From Balanoglossus misakiensis (taxonomy: Eukaryota; Animalia; Hemichordata): a stretch of DNA of 64,000 bases. The stretch is taken from contig CM082586.2 in assembly GCA_040954595.2 (NCBI GenBank), positions 124,001 through 188,000 of the forward strand. Direction: 5' to 3'. Within the stretch, counting starts at the first letter, position 1. Each line of letters begins with the position of its first letter. This document shows, piece after piece, positions 38,001-53,000 of this stretch. Under the pieces are notes generated by a model. It was given only the letters and a program-made list of their open reading frames with translations. It was not told the DNA's origin and did no database searches. The translations under genes were made by a program, and so were the position numbers.

Positions 38001-41000
38001 CCAACAGGAAATAAGAAATGTGATTGAAATATACACAGTGCAGGGTTAAGCAAAACATGCGCATAGCATCGATGTGGTCAGGCGATGGAGGGAATGAAGA
38101 GAAGAGAAAAGAGAGAAATAAAGCATTGGTTAGTACCTCACCTGAGTTAAAATTCAATAATAGTGTTCTTGCAAAGGGGTTAGTTCACCTGGATCATGAG
38201 TGAACTGTGGTAATGAACGTCTAGTCAAACGTGGAGATCCAGTATTAGATCTGGAGGGACTCCAATATCTAAGAGTGGTGCTTTCGAGCCACGGACCGAG
38301 TGGCTCCTTGACCGATAAAGTGGTGAGTAGCCACAGGACAGACAGGTGTAGAGAGGTCACACAGAGGACACAGGCATGCAAAGTATCAAGAAAAAGGTTT
38401 AAGGATAAAACTGGGTTTAAGGTACCTACAAGAACATTAGCACTTCACACACACACACACAACAAGCTTCACACAAACACTAACACACTTTTTTCATCAT
38501 CAACTTTTCCCGGCATGAACAGTTGCTACATTAGACACTCATGACACACACAAATCCTAATAATTTCCTTTTTCATCACTTCTCACACAAACTATCAGCT
38601 GCTCCGAAGACATTACTACACACAACTAATTTATACTGGTGACCATATATTCATTATAAACAACTATTCCTCAAAAACAATCAAAACTATTTTGACGTCA
38701 TCAAGCATTTACAGTGGATCAAGTTCAAGAAAGTTAAACAGCTAGGTTCAGACAAAAAAAGGTCAAAATTAAAATCAAACAAGTCACAAGTATCATTTGT
38801 CAACAATTTAATAATTTTACGACACCAGTGCTAGCATGACTGAAATGAACTGAATCTGTGAACATCTAGCGTGAGTTTAGACCTTCTCACCCATTCACAA
38901 AAAAATGAAATAACTTCAAAATACAAACATGGCAATTACGTTGACATTTAGCCTAGTTATAGTAAAATTTATAGTCAGTATGAAAATTACTGACTACAGA
39001 TGAAAATGATGTAATTGAATCCTTATAAACATTTATGTTTTTTGCAAATGAAAAAAAAATCATACTATATCACACAACCATCCCCACTTACACCAGAATG
39101 GAATAGAACAATGACAACAGACAATGGGGCTAAATCAAATCACATATAGGGTAGGAAGGATAGTTGCTATGTTATGATACCTCTTTGGCCCAATTATCAT
39201 GGACTGGAGACCCCTGTGTGTTAATTTTTCGGTCCTCAACATCAAGTCTCTTCAAGTGTTTTTTAGACAGACACCAAGGAAATTTAAGATACAAAGATAG
39301 AGATGAAGTTCAGGATATAAGCAGAGATAGACAGAAGGACAGCAGTTACTTGGAAGGGTTTTATATTTGAACGATTTCATCAGGCAAGGGAAAACTTTCA
39401 TGCTAAAATGTTATTGCAGCTTTTAACAGACAATTCATGTTGATCAATTAGATAAGTCTGCAGTGAAGGAAGCAAGCGATTAGCTCAGTGACAAATCACT
39501 CTAAAAGGACAACACTGGTATAGCTGATTTTTCATGTGTATCTCTTTCTGGCTTTGTAGTTGTGAAAAATTAGTTTGGTAGTCACACATCTGACAACGTG
39601 GTAAAGATTTCAGCTATACAAAAGTGTGTACCAAGTAAATAAATGACCAATCATATTTAACATTTTTAGAATCATTTCCAGATTTTCAGAACTGACGTTC
39701 TTCCCAAATTTCTCAAATGGATTTACCCATCAAGGATATGACAATGGGAAGAAACCAAACTACAGTATGTGTAGGGGTGGCAGTGTAAGCTTACCCTGAA
39801 ATCTTCATCAAAATTATCAAACCTGGGATCTATTGTTCTTGATAAGGCACCCTGCAAAAAAAAATGTGTCATTTTACTGTCAATATCTTTCAAGTGTATA
39901 TCCCAGAAGTACTGTTTTAACCACCCCATTTTAATGATACAAGACCATCATTCCGTTTGACACCAGATTGACACGAGAGACACTAACTGACCTGTATATT
40001 TGGAACACTGGCTGTCTTCCTGAGCGGTCTACCCTGTGCTGTCAGTTTTTCTTTGATGACCACTTCCTGTCGAAGTCTGTCTAATGCAAGAATACTCTCC
40101 ACTGCAGACACACCCTTTGTGTATTTCTCTATATACGTCTCACCATCTGCTGTTCCACCCTCGTCTGCTCCTGATGCTGCCATCAATGCCAGCGATTCTC
40201 TGTCTTCTGGATCCTCTGATGCCTGTATGCAAATATGGTGGTGTACTTTTATGCTGCATTTGCTACATTGTTTCCAGTTCCAAATTTTCTGTTTTTTGTG
40301 ACGTGCATTATGATCTGTCTGTGGTTCTAAAAAATGTGATATTTTGGAAATAAAATGCCCAATGTAGATCAGCAGTGTTCCCTGGAAAATGTGCTTCAAC
40401 CACATGCAGTTTACGACCTGCCAAAAAGGTTTACAATTGTAAACATACCAGAATACATATACATATTCAAACTTGCACTTCATTTCATCTATACAAGCAA
40501 CATCATACCTTTGGAATATTTGACACAACTTCATAAGTCACACCGCACGCATAGACAGGATCCTTAAAACAAATGAAAAACAACATCATGAGAAAGAGAC
40601 AAAAACACTGAAGGTGCAATCATTCACATATCAGCTGATACAGTTTTGAAACTGCCAAAAGATTTTCATTTCATGGTTTCAAATTTTGTGTTTGATGTTT
40701 TGTAAGAAGATCGCATTCTCATCAAAGCAAGAAGTTGATGTCAGCATATGTGAATACATTAATTTTGTAATCAGTGAAGTTCCTTTGAAATATTCCATCC
40801 CAGAAATAAGGGTTTCGAGACCGTAATTAAAAATGCACATATGCACATATCTATCTCCAGGCGAACCAATAGGGCTAGTAGTGTCTCGAAACCCGCTTAT
40901 TGCTGTTCACAGCTATATTTAACATTGTTTTTGTCTACTATATTTGAAAAAGGATAAAATTTACTAATGATTACTCACAGCTCTGGCCAGTTTCTTCCTT

Positions 41001-44000
41001 AATGCTGATCCAAAGCTTTGTTTTTTGTAGATATTAACAGAGATGCGTTTTCGTATCACCATCTCCATGGCAGCAGGGTGACTAAGCCTGGCAACCACCT
41101 TAACAATTAGATAAACTCTCTCATTGTGGCCTGTCACTCTATTAAGGTGGATAGAATCATGAATGGAGGAATCCCATGATGCAACAGCACTCACCTGTAT
41201 GGGAAAATAGAGCAAAGAGAAGTGACCATAGTAACCAAGAACAGGTGACGACAAAACAATGCAGTTGGACCAAATTATGATGGTTAAAGGGTAATACAAA
41301 AAGATTTGATGTAGAGATTAACTTACACTTACATCTTTATCACAGTACTTGACAATTGGCAGGTTGTAAAACTTGGTTCCATGTTCTTTTGGTAAAATGG
41401 AATTGACACCAGCTGCCTGAGAGCCTTCTAGAAGACACGTACTGCCCATTTCATCAGCTGTAACAATCAAACAAAAACAAAATCTCATTACTTTTCTGTC
41501 CTGGCGCTGATCAACTACTGACATTTGCTAGAGGAACACTGCAGGCACAGTCGTTACAATCTATCATTGCCATAGCAACTACTCCCTTGGTAACAACTAT
41601 AAAATATCCATTTACTAAAAACGCATGATTATCAGAGATTGCTGATGGCAATGTTGTCAACGGAGCTCTTTAGAGTTGGCATTTCATGGCATCCATAAAT
41701 TGACTGTCAATAAACCTTAAAGTCTACAAAGTTACAGTGAAACATCCTATAAAATAGCACGACTGGAGCAACACATCATGTAATACTCTACAAAAATGTG
41801 TCATTAAAATTCACTATAATACTGTATGATGTTTAAAAGTACTTTGTTCAGAAACCTGCTGATGAACTTTCAAATCTTACAGTCAAGTCAAAAACAAATG
41901 CCAACAACACACTTACTATTTAAATCTAAGAATAATACTGGAATGTGTGTTTCCATTCCGGATGGTGGATTCCAGTCTGCAGGGGCACCGGGAATACCAC
42001 TTTGGGGTGCCGGAACCAAGACTGCATTCCGTTCTTCCGTTAGTGAAACCCATTGATTTATAAGGCTGGCTTCTCTTTCAACATCATGGTCGTTTTTCTC
42101 TGTTGACAGAAGCAACATTGTATTATTGGGTAGAACTTCTTTATTTTCAACTACTAAGAGCGCTGTTTTTCCAAGTGGTTCTAAACTTCTGTGGCTTTAC
42201 CAGGACAGACATTTAAATATTGATGAAGTTGACTTTGGCAAATGAAGATGGAATTTCCAAAGCAACACTGTGGAAATTCCATCTCAATCTTCACTCACTC
42301 TAGAGTTTAAACAATATGGATTTGGCCATTCACCTGATTTGTTGATGATTTTATGAATCTGTTCATCTAGATATTCTCGTCTTCTCATCAAGGCTTCCGA
42401 CCACTTTTCACGTAATCTCGTCAAATCCTCATCCTGATAGCTATCCAGACCTTTCTGTAACCGGGAACGCGCACAGATACTTCCCACTGAAATTCCTGTT
42501 ATTGCTTCACAGACCAACGGGAGAGTTCCGGAATCATGGACTGGTCTGACCTTCACACAGATCCTCCTTGAGTGACCCTGAAGAACAAAGAGGAATTTAA
42601 CTGGTTTAAATCTTAAAGGATTTTGAAATTCATTCTGATATAACCAGCTTTAGACTTACATCATCTCTTGTATCACCAATTCTGAAACATTTCTGGTAAT
42701 ATCTGTTTTATTTCTGATAATTGCTTTCTTCAGCAAACATTCAGACTGTAGGATGCAATTCAATCTCTGAATACATCCATGTCGTAAACAGCTCTATATA
42801 TTTTTGACTGTCCAAACCAAACAGAGAAGACAAAGCCAGCCATACCTGTCTGAGTTGAAAGACACCACCGGTCAATACTTCTGGTCTCATCTGACATTCT
42901 ACCGGACAGTACTCTCCCTGTTCGTTGAGTTCTAACACTTCCAGCCAGAGCTCAATCTTACGTGTTAACTCACCCCATCTATAAAACCACAAGAAAATAA
43001 TTACAATATTCTGATTATTTTCAGTGTCTGCTACAAAAAATGTCAAAATTGACAAAAGATAGTGAGACTTATTTTCAACTTACCTGTCAGCTAATGATCT
43101 GGACTTAGCATGTAAACTGTCAATTTCCCAGCCTGTAGGTTTAGTATCAAATCCAGTACTGCGATGTCCCCATACTTCAATGGCTAATGAACCGTCCAGA
43201 GCATGTTCTATGAATTCTTCTGTTACATTCACTGTATACTCCTAAAAATACAAAATGTTGGGCATTAAAAATGTTTTTATATGGATATATGTATGTAGTA
43301 TTACTGACAGATCCAACAAATCTCATGAGGTCAATAACATATACTAGTGACCACCCATCAACCAATCAGATCTCATCTCTTAAACCTACTTACCCTTGTA
43401 TGGTCAAATTTCATGGAATATTCTGGGATTTTCCGCCTGGTTGTCACTTGTTTGACAATCGGAGGCACCACACAGGAATCCTCTTCTCCCCAGAAAGTAT
43501 ACTGACAGAAAACAAAGTTCGCTAGATTTGGTGGAAGGCCTGATGCTTGAGAAATCCTTAGCTGTTAAAATATAAATAAAAAAACAGTTAGACCATGGTC
43601 AAGTACTAAAGTATTCTAATTTATTCTTGATATAAAATACATAAATATATCATTTCATGGCTTGGAAAGGACAAATAAAAAAACTATTGAGAGAGATGGC
43701 CTATTTCACTCATCACAGGTAGGTCCAGGTAATACTCACCCTACATGTAAGCTGTGATCCTAGTGAGAGCCCCTCTGGTTCAATGTCACCACCTAAAACT
43801 TCATACCCACTGCTTTCATTACTGGTATCTGAGTCTGGACTCCGGTCTAACAACGGACCACTGATACGCTGTAATTCTATGTTCAGTCTGCCAGAAACCT
43901 AAAAATATAAAAACCAAACCACTGTTAGTTTATTTTCAGATTCTCACTCTCCCTGTGAAGTCACAAAGGTCTTGGTAATTATTCTTCCCTAGAAAAACAA

Positions 44001-47000
44001 ACAACACAAAAATAAGTTGCTTCAAAATGCTCTATTCAGGGAGAGTTTTAGCGTTTAATATTGAAATCAGCTGAATTTGAAATAATGAGTAGCTTGAAAC
44101 GTACCTCTCCTTGTTGGTTGATAATTGGCACTGCATATGCAAGTTTGACATCATGAAATAACACCTCCAGGAAGATATTGGCAACGCCGATCAAATTGTG
44201 ATTCTCTTGGGTTTCATAAAACGGATCTCCACTGATTGGAACACCAGTATCCTAGCAACAAAACGTTTCATATCATTAATTTGGTAACAAACAGCAGAAT
44301 GTAACAAATCTGAGTTCAAATCATTTAGTCTGAAAAGTAGCAAATTACAAAAAAATATGAAATAGTTTCCTGCTTGGCTTTTAATGACTGCCAACGAAAG
44401 GAAGGCTGTCTATCAAATATGATTGTACCAACTGACTACTGAAACTAGCAATGATGTCACAATGAATTCTAAAGAACGGAAGCTAATCAATCATGACTAT
44501 TAAAGTGGACAGAAACTCTGAAATGTTGCAGAATCATTTTTACCTTGAGTGGAAGTCCCCTTTCCTTTCTGTCTTCATACATATCCCTCATGTCAATGAT
44601 TTTATTCTCTAGTTTCTCCATGGCCCAGATCTGCGTTCCTTTTCCTTTTCTCTTGACTTGAATAGCCGGTTCACTCACGATGGCACCTCTCTGTCAAACA
44701 ACATAAACTCAATCAGTTGGAAATCAGACATTTTTCTCCTTTATTCTAAGTTGAATGGGGTATGAGGTATGATGAGAAAAAGATGCCCCAAATAAAGATT
44801 TATGATTCTTTATGAATTCATTGATTCATTCACTTGCTCATTCATTCCTTCATTCGTTTTTTCACTCACTCACTCACTCACTCACTCACTCACTGATTCA
44901 TTCATTCATTCATTTATATATTAGTGCTACATATCTCACCTTCCTATTTGGTGTAAGGTTTGAAGCTGGTATCTGTAATGTAACATGAAATTCTGTCTGT
45001 TTGCCCATCTCTTCTGCCAGAAAGTTCGCTTCTCGAACTAGAGCATTGGCTTTGACCACTTCCTCTCTGAGTTTCGAAAGACTTTGTCTGAAGACATCAT
45101 CTCTCTCCTCTTCCCATTGTTGGTACCGTGTTTGCATATTAATGGCATTAGGATTTCCTGACTGGGGACTCAACTGTGCAATGTCAAACCTGTCTAGTTG
45201 TTGTCTCTGGTTTGGTGTTAGTTTATTCCGAAGCATTTCTAGTTGTCTTTCATACATGTCTTTCTGTCTTTCAAGAGCTTTGTCTTTGTCTTCTTTGTGT
45301 TGATTTTCTAGTGTTTTCATTGCATTCTGTATCGGGTCTGGGATTTGAATCATAAGAAAAGACGCTGAAGTTACTAGAGGGACGATGAAATGTTTGATCT
45401 GTACCACAGTTACAAAAACGATTTGAGTGACTTGTAAACATAAAAGTGACTTGATCATACTAAACTGAAAATGTATGACAACCTGTATGAACCCCAGTCA
45501 AGGACTAGCTGCAAGCAGTTAATGACTTACCATTGCTGAGCTCTTTCATGACAACTTCACTTTGGGCAAAGTCAAAATCAGCAGGAACCTCAGATTCTGG
45601 TGTGTTAGCACCGCTGGAGCCTGGCAGAGGTGCAATAAAAAGTAAGGTTAAGGATTTTACATGTAGATTGTTGTTCGTTTGCAGAACCAACAATGAAAAC
45701 ATGGAAACAGTGCTAGCTCAAGAAACAAACCCTTTCAAAGACAATAACTCAAATCAAACAGTTTCCTCTATCTTCCCCCAACCCCTCGTTCCCCTTTCGT
45801 ATGGTGTCATCCAGGATTTGAAACAAACCTGCTCCAGGTGGACGAGGACAATTTATCCTGAAAAAGTGGTTATTGCCCCAAAGTATCCTGTCGCCATGAC
45901 GAAGGGCTGTCTTGTTTTCAATGACTGAGCCATTCACGCACGTCCTACAAACAGACAAGAAGAAATGACATGGTCAAGAGTACATGTATTACCAAAATAT
46001 TGTTAGTTTTACAAACAAGAAACTGTTAAATCAGAAAACATTTGAAATCTATTTTCAATGACATGAAGCCAGACTAGAAATTGAGAGAAACACTTAGTCT
46101 ATCAAATGCATGACCATATAATGGCTGTCAAATAAAAACCAACCACTTTTACAGACTTATCTTTATCCTAGTTTAACTCTTACCTAGCATTTGCCATAGG
46201 TGTAAGATAGACTTCATACTCATTATCAATGTCTATAACACAATGTTCTGGCAGGATTCCTAATCCACTAAGCTGAATATCTGGATTGGCCGGTGCATCC
46301 GGCCGTCCAACTAAAGTGTGGTCCTGAAATGGAAAACAAAAATTGTCATGCAGAGATCAATGATTCTGATTGAGAACATGTTATTTGCTGTACATATACT
46401 TTTTATTTCTTACCTACAAGCAGACACATAGACAGACAGACAGACAGACAGATTGATAGACACAGACAGACACACACAACCAACTGACCTTGAGGTAGTA
46501 AACCAATAATTCATTTAGAGCTGGATCTGCATTGAGATTGACAAGAAAACATCTGTCCTTCTCAACTTTGATGCCACTGGTTTGAACTGAAATTCCCATC
46601 TTTTCCAAGGCTTGTTGGTTTTCCTGAAAAGAATGTTCCACAAAGTTACAAACTTTAAGTTGACTAGATGAAGTTCTAGTGCTATAAGTTTTGTAAATCA
46701 CTGGAGTAGTCTCATGCCAGTTGACATCTTCAGAAGAGTCTTTCAGACATCATGGCACACAAGGATTGTACACGTGGCTCATTCAATCTGTAGAATTTTT
46801 CCACTGCCATGTCATACCAAGTTGTGTCAAATGAATACATGAATTCTGACCACAAAATATCTCACCTTGATAATTTTCTCGGTATTTTGCAGTTTCTCTT
46901 CCCATGTTAGTGTCATTTCTGTCATTAACTTCTCAGACTCTATCAACCGCTCTTTCAGGGTGTCAGCTTTTAAACTCTGAAATGACAACAACGCAATATT

Positions 47001-50000
47001 TTGGTGGATGATTTAAAAATTTCTGTATGATTGCATGGTTGTAACAAAAGTTTAAAGACTTACCTCAGCCACTTTCAACTGTTTTTTCAATGTATCCACT
47101 TCATCTCGGAGCTCTCTGATGATCTGTGTCACAAATTAAAATCAAAGAGATAAGACATCAATTTCTAGCAAATGTGCCAGGGACTGATAAATGATAGTAT
47201 CACCTCACACAGGTGGATCATACAGGACGATATTACCCTCCTATCGGTACTTGTTGACCTGAAACTTACCCTGGCATTTGGATCTTCATTGATGACAGCA
47301 TGGTTGACTATTCTCTTAGCACGGTCAGCATAACGTAACGTTGATAAAGTTTCATCAAAGTTATCAGCTGCTGGACTTATCGTTGCACACATTACAGTTT
47401 TGCTGTTACCTCCAAGGCATTCCTGTGAATCATAGGTCAGGTCAATAAACTTATGTTGCCCACTTTCAGACTAAACTTTTTGTCACCCATATATGCTGAT
47501 GGGTAAGAGTCTACACACCTGTGAAACAATCACAGGTCATCAACTATATTGCTCATCAGTTGAAGATGTATCCATCATGACAGTTAAGCTATGACCAAAA
47601 CATGTATGAATTAATAAGAAGTCAATATGAACAATGTGCCTAATTCAAATGAGGGGGATATTCACCAATACTGACCTTTAATAGCCATGTTAACACTGAA
47701 TCTCTGTATGGAACAAATTTTTGCTTAGTTTTTCCTGATTGGTCGGCTAGGGCAGATATTACAAGACCTAGTGTTGTAAGAGACCTGCAAGAAAGGAAAT
47801 GCCATTTTCCTTTTGTTACTCAAAGAAATTAAATGTTAGGCTAAAGTGGGTAATAGAGCACCAAGTGCACTTGAATTTGAAATTAAGTCGGCTAAATTCT
47901 GACTGTTATGACAAAATGTTTCATGTACAGCAAAGACACAATACATGCCACATAACAACATCTCATAAAACCTATCGGATCATGACCTCACCATGGCCTT
48001 TGACAAATGATACATCATAAATGTTAGTGTCTATAAAAAGGCAAAAGCATAATTGAAATACCATTGTTTCTTCTTTGGGAGAGACACGACACCAGACAGA
48101 CATCTCATAAAATAAAATGTGAAATATGATAATCTGATTCCACATTCTTGTGAGTTTTGTGTTATTTTCAAAGTGTGCCACTGATACCCAACACTGTGTA
48201 TGATCAACTTAGAACTGTAACTCTAATCTTCCAGTGCCTGTTACAGTTTGATTATCACAACCATTAAACCACATCACAGTCTTCATGAAATTTATCAGCT
48301 GTGTGCGGATAAAATTGAACATTCCACCACTTCTAACCACTACATAGGAACCAGAGTCTTCACCTATAAGGTCTGTGAAAAATATCAGAAAATTCCAAAA
48401 AAAATTACATTCTTTTCTTTTTCCAGAATTATCTTGACAGATAGGTAGCACTCACTTGTTGATGTTGCTCCCTTCCTTAAGGCGTTCACCTGTAGCACCA
48501 CTTTTCTGAGCACGCTCACTGCCGGCCAAATCAACCAGACTCAGTTTGCTCACCTTCTCCCCAGAAACCTGAATCAAAAAACAAATATCACAGAAAATGT
48601 CAACTCTATACAAAAGTTATGCCTATCACAAGTGATAACTTAATTGTCCTTTTATAGAAATCATAGTGAAGGCTTGGGTAGGATTCTTTTCTGAAATAAG
48701 AAACAAAAATGTCATTCAATTAGTTTCCATCTCAATTTGCATGCAGGTAGGTAGGACATACTTGTACAAGAGGTAATTTTTATTTGAAGGTGGACATCTG
48801 GATTAGAAGATAGTATAAACAAAAATGAATTGGGAAAATGATAACATAAATCCTTCTATAGTTAGGGAAGAAGCCACTCTATTTTAGAATTGGAGGGGGA
48901 GTCCACTTGAGTTCAGTGAATGAGAAACACAGACAAATTTGCTGATCTAAAACTACAATTGTTTGACAATTACTTTCAAGATTTATAAGACAAAGTCACA
49001 TATATAAAATGGCCACACAGGCATACAGATACCATGAACATAATTAATGAACCTTCTAATTTCAGAAAAAGACACAGAATATCTTATGCATGTTTTTAGG
49101 GAGTGTTGGTGCGGGTAACTGTCGAGTTTTAACATTTCTGAAGATTAAAGTTTTGTCAGATGAGATGCCAAGTTGCTTTACAAAGGTCGACACTCTTGGA
49201 GAAACAATTTAGATGTACACATCACCATGACCTGATAATCATGGTGTAAAATGTCAGAGAAAGGTGACCCAAACTCACAACTGACAAAATTGGTCTGTCA
49301 CGCACTGGGAACTTGTGAAGCTACGCTGTGGATTCTCTGATGAGAATGATCTCACCCGACAGTTCATAAATACATTCATAGAAACCATACAAGGGTTTTG
49401 CATAAACAAATGAAGATATGTCACAAGGAAGTCACTCACACTATCCCAAAGCTTTTTTCGCATTTTAATTCAGCATGACTTGTCGACAACCTTTGATTAA
49501 ATTCCACTGAATCACAGAATAAGAGTTATTAACTGTCTATGGTAAGAAATAAACAACAAGAATTTCTGAGCTGACATGAGTTGAGACAGCCTTATGACAG
49601 CAAGGTATTTCAGATAAATTCTTGAAGCGGACAAGGCTTGAAGTTGAACATGTTTATGTAAAGCCATAGCAGTTAACGGCTACAAACATTCAGATGGCTT
49701 CCTGCACAGACAGATGCATAGAAGTAGCTAAGACATTACTTTTGACTTTCCAACAGCAATCGATCGCTTTCACCACCAAACCTTCTTGCCATTTTCTTTC
49801 AATTTCTCGTACAAAAGAAAATGATCTGAGCAACACACAGAAATTGACCGATGTTCTTATCAAGAAGCAGCAAATAAACAATCACTGTAATGCAATTTAT
49901 TGGATATACTTGAGTCCGTTCAGAGACAGTTCAAGTATTCAAATCACTGTGTTAACCCTTAAACTTCATCATTTATTTGCTTGTGGGGACAAAACCCCAT

Positions 50001-53000
50001 CAACGAAAACACTGGCACCATAGCAAGTTATGGCCAGGAGAGAACCTGAACAGACATACGAAATGTGAACTGTGTACAGCACCACACAGCGCCCTCAACC
50101 AATCTTAACTTTCAAAGAGAGACGTTTAAGGTGGTGGAACTACTTTTCTATGATTTGGTCCTGCCAGCGCCAAAAAGATATCTTTGATAACAATATTTGT
50201 AGCCAGACACAGGTTGCAGCTAGACACTTGTCTGCAGTAAAGACAGATAGTTGCTGGAGATACATGCAAATCAGACAGATTGTGACAGACAGTGCACCTC
50301 TGCATGTTATGAGTGCATGGTTGTATCAGTATAAAGCTTACCAGATGCGCTGGTTCGCAGTCAGCCTGGATTGTAAGGATAGTAAAACAAGGAGAAATAT
50401 TGAATCTTTGGATGGTAGAGATTATGATGGAAATTTTAGGTTTAGAGTGACTATTGTAGAGCCCATCCAAGTATTCTTGAAGAATATGGGTAGGGCAGAT
50501 TTGTAATGTGTGTTAAGCCTTCATCTGTGTTATTTTGTTCATCAATCTTCTTTGCTAAAATGTTATATAAAGCTTGTCCAACATGTAGGAATCTGAATAA
50601 TTTTACTATGCATTTGGAATCATTGTTGTCCTCCAGACAATGCTGAATGATGTAATTGTTTTGTATCTAATCTATCATTGTGCACAGAAAGACATCAAAC
50701 AAACAAACAAACAAATAAATAAATAAACAAATAACAAATAAATAAACACTCAGCAAACAGGCAACAAATAAACAGTCTCACATTCATGTCAAAGGATGGC
50801 AAGTACCTGGTTTTACAATACAACAAACAGCGTTGATTTATAGATGTCTGGAAATGCTTACCTCTGATTCAAGATCTGTCAGAGTCTGTGTCAGAGTTAC
50901 ATTGAACACAGCATGTGATCTGCTACTTTCAGCGTTCATGTTTGTGGCTGCCACCGTCCTGGATTTATTGCCTTCCATCATCAGAGACTCAATATCCTGT
51001 CAGTGCACAAAAAAATCACAGTGAAGTTTCAGTCTCAAAATTACCACCTGTTTTTTTTTATAGGATTGTTTTAATCACAGGTGAACATGCAAATCCTAGG
51101 TAGGGGAAACATGGCCACAACTAGATTTCAAAAAACATTCTTGATTCCTAACCTCAAATGATGAGACGGCAAGGGTTGACAGTCCATCCACGTACGGACC
51201 ATAGATCTTGTGTTCTCGCACTTTTAGATTAGTTTTACCACTATACAAAGAAAAGAAGGTTAACACAGTAATGACAGTGAAATTTTATTACAAAACAGAT
51301 ACAACTTTTAATATGAAAAAATCTAGGTTTAACTTTGTTCCATTCAAGGAATACAGAAGTCAAAATACGCGAGTATTTGTGTGTAAGTACTACACACATC
51401 TTCCATATTTCATTCAAACACTCTGCTATAAAAACATCTATTCTCAAATCTCATGAATGCAGGGTGTGGTCTAGTACCCTTTCATTTCACTAGAATGCAG
51501 TGACTTTTAAAGTTCACAGCCAATCATAGAGAGATATGTGTCTGTCAGGATTTTCCCATGTGCCATTCTTCCTATGGAAATAACAAGCTCTGATCAAAAT
51601 AAATGTTACATCACAATAAGCCAGTTTCATGTTGGGTCAGGAAAGTGGAATTTATTACGTACATGTACTTTATTGTGACAACAAAATGTGCAAGAATTTG
51701 CTAACATTATGGATTGGCCGTGTTAGCTTACTGTCACTACAAGTCAAATGTTCATGTAACTTTTTCTATTGGCTTTGTACTTGTATGCTACAGAGAAGTG
51801 CTAAACGTGCTAACCCATGCTGGTCTGGGTTAGCCCAGGGCTGACCCAGTTGGAAACTTAGTTCTGATCTACTGCACACTGCATAACACTAACTCAGACA
51901 GCCTGCTGTCTTCTAAGAAAACCGGAGAAACATTTGCATGTTTACTTGACGCTTTATTTTTCACAATTGGTGTAAGCATGAGGTCATCACTGACGAATTT
52001 GAGTTGAATAGATTCACTTCCTGTTACTCACCCTTTGGGATCCAGCAGGTCGCGAACTTTCTCGTTGTAAATTTCCATGTAGGACACTTCTACTTTGAAA
52101 GAGAGACCGGGGTCGTCATTGTTGGCCATGCTCTCAAAGAGACAGTCGCACAGTCGCGGGATCAGGCCTTTGTTTTCATGTGTGCCCATCATACTGTAAG
52201 ATTTGCCAGAACCTGGACACCGATCGGAGAACAGATTCATAGATGTCATCAACAAGTGACAGAGAAGGTCACAGATCACAAACTATGCCACTTAAACTCT
52301 CACACTTCTTAAAGTTTTCATGGCAAAATACATCATTTTCTGCAGAGATTACGCATTTGGGGGGGGCATTGGAGGGCCATTGGAGGACCATTGGAGGCAA
52401 TTGGAGGGGATTGGAGGGGGATTGGAGGGCATTGGGGGGCATTGGAGGGCCATTGGAGGACCATTGGAGGGGATTGGAGGGCATTGGAGGACCATTGGAG
52501 GGCCATTGGAGGACCATTGGAGGCCATTGGAGGGGATTGGAGGGGGATTGGAGGGGATTCGAGGGCATTCGAGGGCCATTGGAGGGGATTGGAGGGGGAT
52601 TGGAGGGCATTGGAGGGCATTGGGGGTCATTGGAGGGCCATTGGAGGGCATTGGAGGGGATTGAGGGGGATTGGAGGGCGTTGGGGGGCATTGGAGGACC
52701 AATGGAGGGGATTGGAGGGGATTAGAGGGGGATTGGAGGGCATTGGAGGACCATTGGAGGGGATTGGAGGGGGATTGGAGCAGGGGGATTGGAGCAGACT
52801 GGAGGGCGATTGGAGCAGACTGGAGGGGGACTGGAGCAGACTGGAGGGGGACTGGAGCAGACTGGAGGGGGTCTGGAGCAGACTGGAGGGGGACTGGAGC
52901 AGACTGGAGGGGGACTGGAGCAGACTGGAGGGGGACTGGAGCAGACTGGAGGGGGACTGGAGCAGACTGGAGGGGGACTGGAGCAGACTGGAGGGGGACT

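Noticed and set aside
48209-48451. Possible extra KIF13 exon (acceptor near 48373)
   Set aside because: The motor domain is complete without it (NK|SL), and splicing in phase 2 gives an almost immediate stop.
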